Source of the DNA: Candidatus Kaiserbacteria bacterium
Lineage (GTDB): Bacteria; Patescibacteriota; Minisyncoccia; Phycocordibacterales; UBA2100
Assembly: GCA_003164215.1 (NCBI GenBank)
Contig: PLSR01000017.1
Span: 28,656 to 92,655 of the forward strand
Direction of reading: 5' to 3'
DNA length: 64,000 bases
Shown here: in pieces, positions 18,955 through 29,714 of the stretch
Layout: each line of letters begins with the position of its first letter
Numbering within the stretch: position 1 is the first letter of the stretch
The notes under the pieces: model-generated
Databases searched by the model: none
The model's input: only the letters and a program-made list of their open reading frames with translations
Told to the model about the DNA's origin: nothing
Made by a program: the position numbers and the translations under genes

Positions 18955-20166
18955 GTGTTCATGAGAAAGAATTACACCCACGTCATACTCGCAGCACTCA
19001 TTCTTTTCGTCGCACCATTCTCCGCTTCCGCCGCGACGACGTTCGAGGTATCGGGATGGATGCCGTACTGGCGCGCTGCGACGAGCACGAACGATGTGTT
19101 ACCGCACTTGAGCGAGCTCACGGAGATCAACCCGTTCGTGTACTCAATGAGCACGATCGGCACGATCATCGACAACGGCCCGATGACATCGGCAGCATGG
19201 ACCGCTATCGTCGCGGCGGCGAAAGCACAAAAAGTCCGTGTCGTGCCGACCATTATGTGGAGCAATGGAACGGCGATCTACAATGTTTTGAGCAACGCGA
19301 AAACTCGTCAGGCATTGGAAACGAATATCGCAAAGCTTGTAAAGACCAACGGTTACGACGGCATCGACATTGACTTTGAGAACAAGACCGCCGCAACGAA
19401 AGATTATTTCTCACTGTTCCTCAAAGGTCTCTATTCGCGGATGGGCAACAAGTTCGTGACCTGCGACATCGAGGCGCGTACGCCGGTCTCCGCCGAATAC
19501 TACGGCACGGATGTCCCCTCAGGCGCCGGAGAATACGCAAACGACTACGTACAGATCAATAAATACTGCGATCGCGTGCATCTCATGACATACGATCAGC
19601 AGACCGTTGATCAACAGCTGGCCGCCGTTGCCGCTTCTTCGTCCGAGCTCTATGCGCCGGTCGCAGATCCAGCATGGGTGGAGGCAGTCGTTGATCTTGC
19701 AAAACAATCCATCAATCCCAAAAAGATCATTGTCGGCATTCCGACCTATGGATACGAGTATCAAGTGACCGCATATGCGAACAGCCAGTATGTCTATGAC
19801 ATTCTCTGGACCTTCGATCCCGGCTATGCCAAACAGATCGAGATGCAATACGGTGTCACGCCCGTGCGCAATGCCGCCGGAGAAATGACGCTGACCTATG
19901 TGCCGTCTTCATCGCCGGCCGCACCGAGCCCCGCTCTCTCGATCGGTTCGATGGATGGGCTCACTGCAGCGGCCGCCGCGAGCTTGTATGCGACGACCTA
20001 TAATTCACATCTTACGTTCAACCTGCTCGACTGGAGCGATGCACAATCGGTCACCGACAAGGTCGCGCTAGCCAAAGCGCTCGGTGTGCGCGGTGTCGCG
20101 CTCTTCGAATTCGACGGCGGTGAAGATCCCGCGATCTGGAACGCGCTTCAAGGCGTCAAAACCTAG
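18955..20166 (+). CDS. secreted glycoside hydrolase family 18 (chitinase / YaaH-like)
   Basis: Signal peptide. GH18 catalytic motif DGIDIDFE (YDGIDIDFENK). Confidence 0.8.
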   Translation: MFMRKNYTHVILAALILFVAPFSASAATTFEVSGWMPYWRAATSTNDVLPHLSELTEINPFVYSMSTIGTIIDNGPMTSAAWTAIVAAAKAQKVRVVPTIMWSNGTAIYNVLSNAKTRQALETNIAKLVKTNGYDGIDIDFENKTAATKDYFSLFLKGLYSRMGNKFVTCDIEARTPVSAEYYGTDVPSGAGEYANDYVQINKYCDRVHLMTYDQQTVDQQLAAVAASSSELYAPVADPAWVEAVVDLAKQSINPKKIIVGIPTYGYEYQVTAYANSQYVYDILWTFDPGYAKQIEMQYGVTPVRNAAGEMTLTYVPSSSPAAPSPALSIGSMDGLTAAAAASLYATTYNSHLTFNLLDWSDAQSVTDKVALAKALGVRGVALFEFDGGEDPAIWNALQGVKT

Positions 20167-20168
20167 GA

Positions 20169-20224
20169 CCTACAAAGCTCAGAGCTTTGTAGTTATCCAC
20201 AGAAGTTACCAAGCTCTGAGCTTG
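20169..20224. repeat. intergenic double-hairpin palindromic repeat, copy 3
   Basis: ctacaaagctcagagctttgtag plus ccaagctctgagcttgg, starting 3 nt after the GH18 stop. Confidence 0.7.
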
Positions 20225-20234
20225 GGGCCGGGGG

Positions 20235-21137
20235 TTGTTTTTTTCTGACATCGTGTACAATGGGGGAACTATGTCTGAAGACGCAATGAATAGGCACACA
20301 CATTCACATTCGCATCAGGATGCCCCGTCGCCACAGCCGTCAGTTGTGACGGCAGCGACCGAGCCGGAGCAGGTCGCGACACCTGTCGCGGCGCCCACAA
20401 AACGCGACTGGAGCAATTTGTACACACCTATCGCAATCGTCGTTGCCGGTATTTTCGTCGCAGGCGGCCTTATGGTCGGACTTTCACATGGTGGAACCGG
20501 GGCCACGGCGGGTACAGCACCTGCCGGCGCACAGGCCGCCGCACCGTCCGTCAACATCAAGGATGTGAAGACCGACGGTGAGTCGTATATCGGCAACGCC
20601 AATGCGCCGGTCGTCATGGCGTTCTGGTCCGACTATCAGTGCCCGTATTGCCGAGCGTTCGAAGTCGGGGGCATTCCGCAGATCACGACACCTGCTGCGT
20701 TTCCTGACATCGTAAAAAATTACGTAGATACCGGAAAGCTCAAAGTCGTTTTCAAAGACTACCAGTTCCTCGGACAGAATTCGATAGACGATGGCGAGTA
20801 TGCTCGCGCGATTTGGACATTATACCCGCAGCAATATTTTGCATGGCGCGAGGCAATGTACAACCAGCAGCCCGAAGAGAACAGTCTAAGCGAGGCGGCG
20901 AACAAGTCACATGTCGAGAAAGTCACGTCGTCGATAACTGGTATCAACTTACAAGCGGTTGAGGCGAATATTGCGAAGAATAAGGCGACCTATGACGCCG
21001 CGATGCAGGCAGACGAGGCAGAAGGCGCGAGCTTCGGTATCCAGGGCACGCCGGGATTCATCATAGGAACGACTTTGATCGCGGGAGCAGAGCCGCTTGC
21101 CACCTTCACGGCCGCGATCGACGCTCAACTTAAGTAA
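20235..21137 (+). CDS. DsbA-like thioredoxin-fold thiol-disulfide oxidoreductase, membrane anchored
   Basis: TM helix then WSDYQCPYCRAF (CPYC active site). True start is probably MSEDAMNRH at 20271. Confidence 0.7.
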   Translation: MFFSDIVYNGGTMSEDAMNRHTHSHSHQDAPSPQPSVVTAATEPEQVATPVAAPTKRDWSNLYTPIAIVVAGIFVAGGLMVGLSHGGTGATAGTAPAGAQAAAPSVNIKDVKTDGESYIGNANAPVVMAFWSDYQCPYCRAFEVGGIPQITTPAAFPDIVKNYVDTGKLKVVFKDYQFLGQNSIDDGEYARAIWTLYPQQYFAWREAMYNQQPEENSLSEAANKSHVEKVTSSITGINLQAVEANIAKNKATYDAAMQADEAEGASFGIQGTPGFIIGTTLIAGAEPLATFTAAIDAQLK

Positions 21138-21229
21138 TTGGTGCATATTTGACGTCGAGATTAAAATAGTGCACAATGGGTCTACGGATGCCTCGAAGGG
21201 GCATTTTCTTTTGAAGCGAAACAATAATT

Positions 21230-23020
21230 ATGGAAATACGAAATATCGCAATAATCGCACACGTTGACCACGGCAAGACGACGCTGACCGATGCACTGAT
21301 GAAGCAGACCGGTGTCGCCGAGGAGGGCGTCTCGATGGACAGCAACACGCTCGAAAAAGAGCGCGGGATCACTATTTACGCCAAGAATGCAGCCGTTTTC
21401 TATAAGGACACCAAGATCAACATTGTCGACACGCCTGGCCACGCTGATTTCGGAAGCGAAGTGGAGCGCGTGCTTCGCTCGATCGACTCGGTTTTGCTCG
21501 TCGTCGATGCACAGGAAGGCCCGATGCCACAGACGCGTTTTGTCTTGAAGAAGTCCTTGGAGCTCGGTCTCAAGCCGATCGTCATCATCAACAAGATAGA
21601 CAAGCCCGCCGCTGATCCTGCACGCTGTGAAGAGCAAGTACTCGAACTTTTTCTTGAGCTCGGCGCTTCCAATGAACAGTCTGATTTTCCAGTCGTCTAT
21701 TCGATCGGGCGACAGGGGATCGCGAGGCTCAAGCTTACGGATGAGTCGACCGATCTCACACCGCTTCTTGATACGATCCTCAAACATGTTCCGCCGGCGT
21801 CTACCGCCGAAGCAGCGGCGAAGCCGTTGCGCGCGCAACCCTTTAATCTCGGCTATGACAATTTCCTCGGACGACTCGCGATCGCGCGCGTCTACGAGGG
21901 AACGCTCAAGACCGGCTCACAAGTCTTCATAAAACATCCATCGTCTCCGACGAGCTCCGGGAAGATCGTCAAAATGTTCACCTTCAGAGGATTGCAAAAG
22001 ATCGAGGCAACCGAAGTTTCCGCGGGCGATATCGTCATGATCGCCGGCCTTCCCGATATTTACATCGGAGAGACGATCACCGATGACCCGGCGACCGAGC
22101 CCTTGGCCGCAATCTCGATCGACGAACCCACCATCACCTTGAATTTCCTCGTCAATAATTCGCCATTCGCGGGGCGGGAAGGTAAATTTGTCACGTCACG
22201 TCAGATCCGTGACCGTCTCGAACGTGAGCTTGAGGTCAACGTCGGTCTCAAAGTAGATTTCGAGAGCGAGGGTGATACCGGATATCGAGTTTCCGGCCGC
22301 GGCGAATTGCACATCGCGATCTTGCTCGAGAACATGCGCCGCGAAGGTTACGAAATGCAGGTCTCACAGCCACAGGTCATTTTCCACGAAGTGGACGGCG
22401 AGAAGCTCGAACCGTTCGAGGAAGTCATCATCGACACACCACAGACCTACCAGGGCGCGATCATCGAGCGCTTGGGCACACGAAAGTTCGTCATGAAGGA
22501 TCTTAAGATCCACGAGAACCAAGTCCGTCTTACCTTCGAAGGACCGACACGCGGACTTCTCGGCTACCGCAACCAATTCGTTCTCGATACGAAAGGCGAG
22601 GGAATCATGTCGTCGCGCGTCGTCGGATTCAAACCGTATGCAGGCGAGATCAAGCGCAAGCAAGTCGGCTCGATGATCTCGATGACCTCCGGCAAGGCGC
22701 TCGGCTTCGCGTTGTGGAATCTTCAGGAGCGCGGCGTTATCTATATCTCTCCGGCAGTTGAGGTATACGAAGGCATGGTCATCGGCAACACCAGCAAGGG
22801 CGAGGAAATGGAGGTCAATCCGACCAAGGGCAAACAACTCACCAACATGCGCGCATCCGGCAGTGACGAAGCGATCAACCTCATCCCGCCGTACACCCTC
22901 ACCATCGAGCGCGGACTCGAAGTTATGGCCGAAGACGAATATCTCGAGATCACTCCGATATCCGTCCGTTTACGCAAAATGTATTTAACCGATCTTGATC
23001 GAGTACGTGCGAGGCGATAA
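21230..23020 (+). CDS. typA: translational GTPase TypA/BipA
   Basis: N-terminal G-domain [18 protein letters not shown] and NKIDK, with EF-G-like domains and the BipA-type C-terminus. Confidence 0.92.
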   Translation: MEIRNIAIIAHVDHGKTTLTDALMKQTGVAEEGVSMDSNTLEKERGITIYAKNAAVFYKDTKINIVDTPGHADFGSEVERVLRSIDSVLLVVDAQEGPMPQTRFVLKKSLELGLKPIVIINKIDKPAADPARCEEQVLELFLELGASNEQSDFPVVYSIGRQGIARLKLTDESTDLTPLLDTILKHVPPASTAEAAAKPLRAQPFNLGYDNFLGRLAIARVYEGTLKTGSQVFIKHPSSPTSSGKIVKMFTFRGLQKIEATEVSAGDIVMIAGLPDIYIGETITDDPATEPLAAISIDEPTITLNFLVNNSPFAGREGKFVTSRQIRDRLERELEVNVGLKVDFESEGDTGYRVSGRGELHIAILLENMRREGYEMQVSQPQVIFHEVDGEKLEPFEEVIIDTPQTYQGAIIERLGTRKFVMKDLKIHENQVRLTFEGPTRGLLGYRNQFVLDTKGEGIMSSRVVGFKPYAGEIKRKQVGSMISMTSGKALGFALWNLQERGVIYISPAVEVYEGMVIGNTSKGEEMEVNPTKGKQLTNMRASGSDEAINLIPPYTLTIERGLEVMAEDEYLEITPISVRLRKMYLTDLDRVRARR

Positions 23021-23039
23021 AGGGGACTTTTTGGTGCTA

Positions 23040-23067
23040 TTGACTATTGTCAATAAAGTAGTATAAT
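23040..23067 (+). promoter_or_regulatory. sigma70-like promoter: TTGACT, 16-nt spacer, TATAAT
   Basis: TTGACT at 23040..23045 and TATAAT at 23062..23067, upstream of the 23123 ORF. Confidence 0.5.
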
Positions 23068-23122
23068 TACCCCAGTACAGTAGCACCATGCTGCTGTCAA
23101 AGATCAGACGGAGGCCACGAAG

Positions 23123-23329
23123 ATGTTGAAACATTTGCAGCCGGTCGGACTCGATGCCTATATGTGCGAGTCAGGATGCTCGCATATTTACAAGGCGGTC
23201 GATGCAACGCGGCGGAACTTCACGTGTCCGGAATGCGGTCACAATCTCGTCGGCAAGTCAGACTCGTCCCTCCTTGCCGCGAGCAAGCCCTTGATCGCTG
23301 ATATGCAGCGTCAACTTGCCGGCATGTAG
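23123..23329 (+). CDS. small zinc-ribbon protein
   Basis: 68 aa with CESGCSH...CPECGH. Confidence 0.45.
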   Translation: MLKHLQPVGLDAYMCESGCSHIYKAVDATRRNFTCPECGHNLVGKSDSSLLAASKPLIADMQRQLAGM

Positions 23330-23409
23330 TGTGAACATCTTCACGCACAAAAAAGGAAAGGCGACCCGTTGGGCCGCCTTTTGCTTTGTCATCATAATCA
23401 CATTGACGA

Positions 23410-23916
23410 ATGCTCAAATCCGTCCTACAATTATATCTGGCACCTTGCGGTTGCGGAAAGGTGCGTTGGCGGGAGGCCATTGTGGATCCAAAAAAGCGAA
23501 AAGCGTATATCGACTGGCTCATCGCAGAGATGCGAGCGAGGGCAAAGCTGGCGCAGCGCGAAGCGTTCGAACTCGAGGAATACATGCGGCATCAGTCGAG
23601 TGGTAGGATACCGGGTACATCGGCGATCAAGGATCTCGTGTGCTTCTTTGGGCAAGCGTTCGGAATGGTGAGCGACTCTCCTGAATTCTTTGGGGGGGAG
23701 GCTCTTCAGCTCGAACACTGGGCATTGATCCTTGGCTGCTTTTTCGGGAGCGTCCCTGACCTCGACGATACGAACATTCATCATCACGTTCGGGGTTTGT
23801 ATGACCTCTTGAGGAGGCCATTCGAGATCACCGCGCGGCGCCCCGGTGATTATGCAGAGATGGTTCGCGCATGTGCTGCGCTGCAGTGCGAAACGTTGGA
23901 TCAAATGGCGGCATAA
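23410..23916 (+). CDS. hypothetical protein
   Basis: 168-aa helical-looking ORF. Several overlapping ORFs on both strands make the locus ambiguous. Confidence 0.3.
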   Translation: MLKSVLQLYLAPCGCGKVRWREAIVDPKKRKAYIDWLIAEMRARAKLAQREAFELEEYMRHQSSGRIPGTSAIKDLVCFFGQAFGMVSDSPEFFGGEALQLEHWALILGCFFGSVPDLDDTNIHHHVRGLYDLLRRPFEITARRPGDYAEMVRACAALQCETLDQMAA

Positions 23917-24354
23917 GAACCGCAACAGAAACAGGAAATGGAGGAAGCAATCAAGCGTCGGGGACCCCGGCGCTTTCGTTTATAAAATTTTGCTATTGAC
24001 TTATTTACGTTGCATAATATGATTTCGCTTAGGTGCACTCGCGGCGGAGTGTGTCACTGTCTTCGGACGGGAGGAAGCGATGCGACTTTTCAATAAAAGA
24101 CGGTCGGCGAAGACGGGGACGGCAATGTTGTTCGACGAGGTGGAAGATCGGCATGAGGCTGATATCTCTCGGCGACAATGGTTCGTGCTCGTATGGGGAG
24201 GTGGTGCGATCGGGGCCGTCATTGTCCTCGTCCCCGTGATCTTGGCGCTGAAGAAATTGATTTCCGGATGAACGATCGAATATGGGCGCGACGGAGAATT
24301 CTCTCCGCCGCGCCCTGAACGTTTGTATGACGAGCGATTTGATATAATGCCTCA

Positions 24355-24750
24355 ATGACTGAAAAACCGATGCCCGAGAATGAAGAAGAGTGGCAGAAAA
24401 TGCTCACACCCGAGCAATATAAGATCTTGCGCGAGAAGGGGACGGAGGCGCCTTTTACTGGTGAATATGTGCACGAAAAAGCCGACGGCACCTACGCATG
24501 CGTTGCGTGCGGCAATCCGCTTTTCTCATCGGATGCGAAGTTCGATTCCGGAACCGGTTGGCCGTCCTTTGACCAGGCCCTGCCGGGCGCGGTTGAGACC
24601 ACTACCGACAATTCGCAAGGCATGTCGCGCACCGAAATAACCTGTGCACGATGCGGCTCGCATTTGGGGCATATATTCGACGACGGCCCGACCGCAACCG
24701 GAAAACGCTACTGTATCAATTCCGTCTGTCTCGACCTGGAAGAGAAATAA
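24355..24750 (+). CDS. msrB: peptide-methionine (R)-S-oxide reductase MsrB
   Basis: Two CxxC zinc sites (CVACGN, CARCGS), GHLGHIFDDGP and RYCINS. Confidence 0.9.
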   Translation: MTEKPMPENEEEWQKMLTPEQYKILREKGTEAPFTGEYVHEKADGTYACVACGNPLFSSDAKFDSGTGWPSFDQALPGAVETTTDNSQGMSRTEITCARCGSHLGHIFDDGPTATGKRYCINSVCLDLEEK

Positions 24751-24772
24751 TAATGTGTAGTATACTGAATCC

Positions 24773-25054
24773 ATGAGCCAATTCCTGGAAATGGACATAT
24801 TTTTCTTGGTGACGACCATCGTCGTCATTGCGATCGGTGTCTTTCTCGTACTCATTCTCATGCGGATCTGGCGGATTCTCGGTCACGTCGAGAATATATC
24901 GAAGGATGTATCGGAGGAGAGCGCACTTCTGCGCGACGACATCGGTGACCTGCGTGAGAAGATTCGCGTCGAAGGTTTCAAGGTTTTCACCCTCGGAGCA
25001 TTTCTCAACAAAGCGTTCAAGCGATTTACCGGCCGATCCGGCAAGCGTCAGTGA
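24773..25054 (+). CDS. DUF948/YtxG-like membrane protein
   Basis: N-terminal TM plus a coiled-coil region; paired with the YtxH-like gene downstream. Confidence 0.45.
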   Translation: MSQFLEMDIFFLVTTIVVIAIGVFLVLILMRIWRILGHVENISKDVSEESALLRDDIGDLREKIRVEGFKVFTLGAFLNKAFKRFTGRSGKRQ

Positions 25055-25105
25055 TCTGGCGAACGAGACGCATGAGCGATTATTTGAATAGCTAATACCA
25101 ATCAT

Positions 25106-25516
25106 ATGGCAAATGGAAAGAATGGGGCAGGGGCATTGAAGGTGGTCGCGGCACTCGCGGGGGCGGCTGCAGCAGGATATTATTTTTACGGGAGCAAGGA
25201 GGCAAAGACACATCGCAAGATCGCGGCGAAGTGGGCGGGTAATATGAAATCAGATGTGCTCAAACAGGCAAAGAAAGTGAAGGATCTCGATCGTAAAACG
25301 CTTGAAGGCATCGTCGTCAACGCGCAAAAGACATATGCCGGCTTGAAGAATATGGATCGCAGAGAAGTCGAGCGCGCCGGGCGCGAGCTCAAGAGTAATT
25401 GGCAGGAGGTGATGAAAGAACTCGGTAAGGGTGCAGCATCGACCAAGAAAACTGCGGCCAAAGCGGTTAAGAAGAGCGTCAAGACGGTCAAGAAAGTTAC
25501 AAAAAAGATCGCATAG
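25106..25516 (+). CDS. YtxH-like protein
   Basis: MANGKNGAGALKVVAALAGAAAAGYYF...KE N-terminus and a Lys-rich helical tail resemble YtxH. Confidence 0.5.
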   Translation: MANGKNGAGALKVVAALAGAAAAGYYFYGSKEAKTHRKIAAKWAGNMKSDVLKQAKKVKDLDRKTLEGIVVNAQKTYAGLKNMDRREVERAGRELKSNWQEVMKELGKGAASTKKTAAKAVKKSVKTVKKVTKKIA

Positions 25517-25527
25517 CTGAATGTCGC

Positions 25528-26514
25528 ATGATCGAGGAAGCGATCATCGAGCGGGCGCAAAAAGCGATCGATGAACGCGTGTTCCCGGGATGCGTTGTCG
25601 GTGCGGTGTATGCGGATGGCGGGCGCATTATAATTCCACTTGGGTCACTAACCTATGAACGCGTTGCCTCCGAAGTGCGCGCCGCGACCGTGTATGATCT
25701 CGCATCTGTTACGAAATCCATACCTGTCGCATCGCTCGCGCTTGCGTTCACTGCGGAAGGGAAGCTCGCGCTCGCCGATCCTGTGGTCAACCATTTGCCA
25801 GAACTTCAGAACGACTTTGGCACCACGATCGAAGATCTCCTGCGATATCGCGTGCATGGCGTCCAGCTTTCGACCTTGCGTCGTATGACATCTGACGAAA
25901 TTCGAAACTATGTTTTCGAGCGCGGATTCGACGCGCCGCCCGGAGATTCGAACTATACGAATCTTCCCGCATTCGTTCTCGGGATGATCATTGAACGGGT
26001 CGGTGGTGCGTCGCTTGAAACACTTGGTCGATCATATTTCTTCGATCGATTCGATATGCCTGCGACAACATTCTTCCCGGATGCTGCAGATTGCGCTCCG
26101 ACGGAGGTCGACGAACGCGGTGAAGTACGCGGATCGCCGCATGATGAGAGCGCGTATCAATTCGCGATCGCACACGCATGCGCGGGACATGCAGGACTTT
26201 TTTCTACCGTTCCCGACCTCTTGAATTTTCTCGAAGCGCTGCTACGCGCAGACGATGGATTTACGAAATCCATCATGGACGCTGCGGAGGCAGGGCTCGG
26301 TTGGCAAATCGAGGGGGATTTTTTAGGTCATTACGCAGACGTTCGTGCGTTCGGCAAAACAGGATTCACCGGCACCAGTGTCTGTATCGATCCAACCAAA
26401 GGTATCGCGTTCGTCATACTTTCCAATTGTACGTATCCCAAGCGACCGGCGGATAATGCGGCAATAAATTCGTTTCGATCGGACATTGCCGACATCATTC
26501 TCGGATCTATTTAA
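25528..26514 (+). CDS. beta-lactamase-family serine hydrolase (class C / PBP4*-like)
   Basis: SxxK motif in LASVTKSIPVASL and the Transpeptidase/beta-lactamase fold (YTNLPAFVLG, HAGLFST, KTGFTGTS). Confidence 0.8.
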   Translation: MIEEAIIERAQKAIDERVFPGCVVGAVYADGGRIIIPLGSLTYERVASEVRAATVYDLASVTKSIPVASLALAFTAEGKLALADPVVNHLPELQNDFGTTIEDLLRYRVHGVQLSTLRRMTSDEIRNYVFERGFDAPPGDSNYTNLPAFVLGMIIERVGGASLETLGRSYFFDRFDMPATTFFPDAADCAPTEVDERGEVRGSPHDESAYQFAIAHACAGHAGLFSTVPDLLNFLEALLRADDGFTKSIMDAAEAGLGWQIEGDFLGHYADVRAFGKTGFTGTSVCIDPTKGIAFVILSNCTYPKRPADNAAINSFRSDIADIILGSI

Positions 26515-28276
26515 CCGTCACGCTTTTGGCGATGTTGCGCGGCTTGTCCACGTTGTGATCAAGTTCGACCGCCATGTAGTAGGCAAGTAATTGCAAGGGG
26601 ATGATGTTGAGGATCGCGCTCGTCTCCTTGGTATCGGGGACTGCCAGAAATTCATCGAAGTTCTCGTCCGTCTGTGGGGCGATGCCGAAAACTGACGCGC
26701 CTCGGGCGCGAACTTCGTGTATCGCGTTCAATACGCTCGCGCGCACTTCGTCGTTGCTGACCGCCGTGATTACCGAGACCCCCGGCGCCATCAACGTTAT
26801 CGCATAATGTTTGAGGTCTCCCGCAGGGATCGCGTGAGCATGTACGTACGAACCCTCGATGATCTTCACCATACCTTCGCGGATGATCTGCAGGTTCTGA
26901 CCTTTACCCAAGAGATAGAGATGTTCTTTGTGCGCTAGACGTGACGCATGGCCCCTCACTTTGGCAATGAATTTGTCATCCGCGAGCAGTTTCTCGGTCT
27001 CGGTCGCCAGCTTTTTGAGATTTCGTTTTCCCTCGGCCAATTTTCCCTCGACTGCCTTCGCGACGAGGTACCCCCACGCGATCTGCGACACGAAGATCTT
27101 CGTCGACATGACACAGATCTCGGGGCCGGCATTCGCCATGAACTTATGATCCGACAGACGCGTCATCATACTGCCCGGCATATTCACGAAGCTCGCGATG
27201 GTAGCCCTGCGAGCATGTACCAGTTCGAGTACTTCGAGCACATCGGCTGTTTCGCCGCTCTGCGACGGCGCGATGAGAACGTCGCCCTTACTGATCAATG
27301 ATTTGTATTCAAACGCTTCGGCTCCGATGAGCTCCTTTGCGTCGATATGTCCATAAAGCCGAAGATAAAATGCCATTTGCGCTGCTGCGGCACCGGCAGT
27401 ACCCGAACCGATCGTATAGACGCGCCGCGCCCGTTTGATCGCTCGCGCGAGCGCGAGATACGTAGCATCCGATTCTTTGATGACCTGCCGAATGACGAAC
27501 GGCGCCTCGTAGATCTCTTTGAGCATGTAGTGATCATAGGCACCTTTTGAAACCACCACATCTTTGAGGAGGTTTTTTTCATAGACCTGCTTGATCTTCT
27601 TACCGGTCGCAATGCTCGACAGCGTAATCGCTCTTTCACGCACGGCAACCATCTCTCCGTTGTCCAACACGAGGATGGACTTCACGTGGGGGGCGCATGA
27701 GAATACGTCAGACGAAAGATAGATTTCCGATGAGGTCCCCAAGCCGAGAACGAGCGGGGAACCATTGCGTGCAGCGATGATCTCGCCACTTTTCGCGAGC
27801 ACAATGATCGTATTGCGTCCTTCGAGATCTTTGAACGACAATCGTACGGCTTCAGAAAGTGTTTTTGCTTTGCGCATGCGCCGCTCGATAAGTCGCACGA
27901 TGACCTCGGTATCTGTTTCCGAAATGAACTTGAACCCGTCTTTTTGAAGTGACGACTTAAGCGCGGGGGCGTTCTCGACGATACCGTTGTGGGCGAGCGC
28001 GAATGACCTGTCGCTCGAATAATGCGGATGCGCGTTCACATCTGTAACTTTGCCGTGCGTCGCCCAACGCGTATGACCGATACCGATGTGACTTCGTGGC
28101 AAACTCCCGGCGTCATAGCCCACGAGCCCGATATGTTTATCAACGCTGATAGATCCATTGCTCACGACGGCGATGCCCCAGCTGTCATATCCGCGGTACT
28201 CGAGTCGCTGTAAACCTTCTAACACTGCTTCGCGCGCATCACGCGCTGCTCCGGCATACCCAAAAATTCCACACAT
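26507..28276 (-). CDS. glmS: glutamine--fructose-6-phosphate aminotransferase
   Basis: N-terminal MCGIFGY (Ntn Cys), two SIS domains and a C-terminal ...VTVK. Confidence 0.93.
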   Translation of the reverse strand: MCGIFGYAGAARDAREAVLEGLQRLEYRGYDSWGIAVVSNGSISVDKHIGLVGYDAGSLPRSHIGIGHTRWATHGKVTDVNAHPHYSSDRSFALAHNGIVENAPALKSSLQKDGFKFISETDTEVIVRLIERRMRKAKTLSEAVRLSFKDLEGRNTIIVLAKSGEIIAARNGSPLVLGLGTSSEIYLSSDVFSCAPHVKSILVLDNGEMVAVRERAITLSSIATGKKIKQVYEKNLLKDVVVSKGAYDHYMLKEIYEAPFVIRQVIKESDATYLALARAIKRARRVYTIGSGTAGAAAAQMAFYLRLYGHIDAKELIGAEAFEYKSLISKGDVLIAPSQSGETADVLEVLELVHARRATIASFVNMPGSMMTRLSDHKFMANAGPEICVMSTKIFVSQIAWGYLVAKAVEGKLAEGKRNLKKLATETEKLLADDKFIAKVRGHASRLAHKEHLYLLGKGQNLQIIREGMVKIIEGSYVHAHAIPAGDLKHYAITLMAPGVSVITAVSNDEVRASVLNAIHEVRARGASVFGIAPQTDENFDEFLAVPDTKETSAILNIIPLQLLAYYMAVELDHNVDKPRNIAKSVTVK

Positions 28277-28617
28277 AGGTGTAAATGGAAGCGCTCCTCA
28301 TCGTCCCTTTGTTTTCGACGTCGCCGTCGGGTTTTTGGGAAGATGTAACGGCCTGGAGTACCGAAGGGTGCCCGCAGATACTACGAAGACGATTGCCTTC
28401 ATGTCCGATCGTCAGTCAAAGTGACTGACCCCTTTCCTCGTATCCCCACGTTCTACGTGGGGCCACACGCTCTCGTTCTTTTTCGCTTCGAAATTATTGC
28501 TTCTAATGCAGGCCGTTCATTCATAACGGCCTTCTTCAACAATAGCGCATATCAAAAAAAACAAAAGCCACCGCACCAAGACAGTACGGTGGCATTCATT
28601 CGTCGTATTCGGGCGAT

Positions 28618-29670
28618 CTAGATCTTCACGATCTCTTCCCATGAGCGACCGGCGACACCGAAGTGGCCGTACGCCGCTGTCTCACGGAATATCGGACGCG
28701 TAAGCCCGAGACGTTCGATGATCGCGCGCGGACGGAAGTCGAAATTCTTGATCACAATGTCGGTGAGGTTATTACCGCTATCGTCGAAGGCTTCGATCAT
28801 GACCGGCTCGATGCGACCGATCGCATACGCGACCGAGACGAGTGCCTTCTTCGCGTGGCCATTCGCCACGAGGTTCTTCGCGGCGAATCGGCACATATAG
28901 GCGGCCGAACGATCGACTTTCGTCGAATCTTTGCCGGAGAAGGCGCCCCCGCCGTGCGGCATAAGCCCCCCATACGTGTCGACCATGATCTTGCGACCGG
29001 TCAAGCCAGCATCGGCCGTGAATCCGCCAAGCACGAATTTGCCCGTCGGATTGACGAGGATCTCGATCTCATCGACCGAGCCAAGAATTGGGGTGAAAAG
29101 ATGTTCAATGAGTCCGGCGCGGATATCTTCCTGCGACACCTCTTCGGCATGCTGTGTCGAGGTGAGTGCGGTAATGACTTTTTTGCCGTCGATCGTGACT
29201 TGGGTCTTACCATCGGGACGAAGCCAGGTGAGTGTCTTGTCGCGACGTAATTTTTCAAGCCGACGAGCGAGCGCGTGCGAGAGCACGACGCCAAGCGGCA
29301 AGAATTCCGGCGTCTCATCCGTGGCGAATCCATACATGATGCCCTGATCGCCGGCGCCGCCGGTGTCCACTCCCTGCGCGATGTCGGGAGATTGCGCCTG
29401 GATCGTGTTAAGGACTTTTAGTTCATCGGCATAACCGATCTCCTTGTAGACCTGCCGCGCGATCGCTTCCGCGTCAATCTTGGCTGCGGTCTTTACTTCA
29501 CCGCCGAGCATAAGAGTGCCGTGGCTGCCGAATGATTCGACCGCGACGCGGCTCTTCGGATCTTGGGTGAGACATGCGTCGAGGATCGCATCGGAGATCT
29601 GATCGCACACTTTGTCGGGGTGACCTGAAGTCACGCTTTCTGTCGTATACCGCTCTAATGAATGGAACAT
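28618..29670 (-). CDS. metK: S-adenosylmethionine synthetase
   Basis: ESVTSGHPDKVCDQISD plus the GGGAFSGKD and DRSAAY motifs. ATG at 29670 (MFHSLERYTTESV) is preferred, because the listed 29703 TTG start lies inside the riboswitch terminator hairpin. Confidence 0.92.
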   Translation of the reverse strand: MFHSLERYTTESVTSGHPDKVCDQISDAILDACLTQDPKSRVAVESFGSHGTLMLGGEVKTAAKIDAEAIARQVYKEIGYADELKVLNTIQAQSPDIAQGVDTGGAGDQGIMYGFATDETPEFLPLGVVLSHALARRLEKLRRDKTLTWLRPDGKTQVTIDGKKVITALTSTQHAEEVSQEDIRAGLIEHLFTPILGSVDEIEILVNPTGKFVLGGFTADAGLTGRKIMVDTYGGLMPHGGGAFSGKDSTKVDRSAAYMCRFAAKNLVANGHAKKALVSVAYAIGRIEPVMIEAFDDSGNNLTDIVIKNFDFRPRAIIERLGLTRPIFRETAAYGHFGVAGRSWEEIVKI

Positions 29671-29714
29671 AATTTTTTGCCTTATAACGAATAATCTCCC
29701 CAAAAGGGAGACTT

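Noticed and set aside
15734-20224. Possibility that the recurring palindromes are a CRISPR array
   Set aside because: Copies are 2-20 kb apart rather than regularly spaced with 25-40-nt spacers, each is itself an inverted repeat pair, and no cas genes are present.
28277-28617. Confident call of a glmS ribozyme
   Set aside because: The canonical P1 and cleavage-site sequence were not found by eye. The region is reported only as a structured leader needing covariance-model testing.
29671-29703. TTG start at 29703 for metK
   Set aside because: It falls inside the riboswitch terminator hairpin, and the conserved MetK N-terminus begins at the ATG at 29670.
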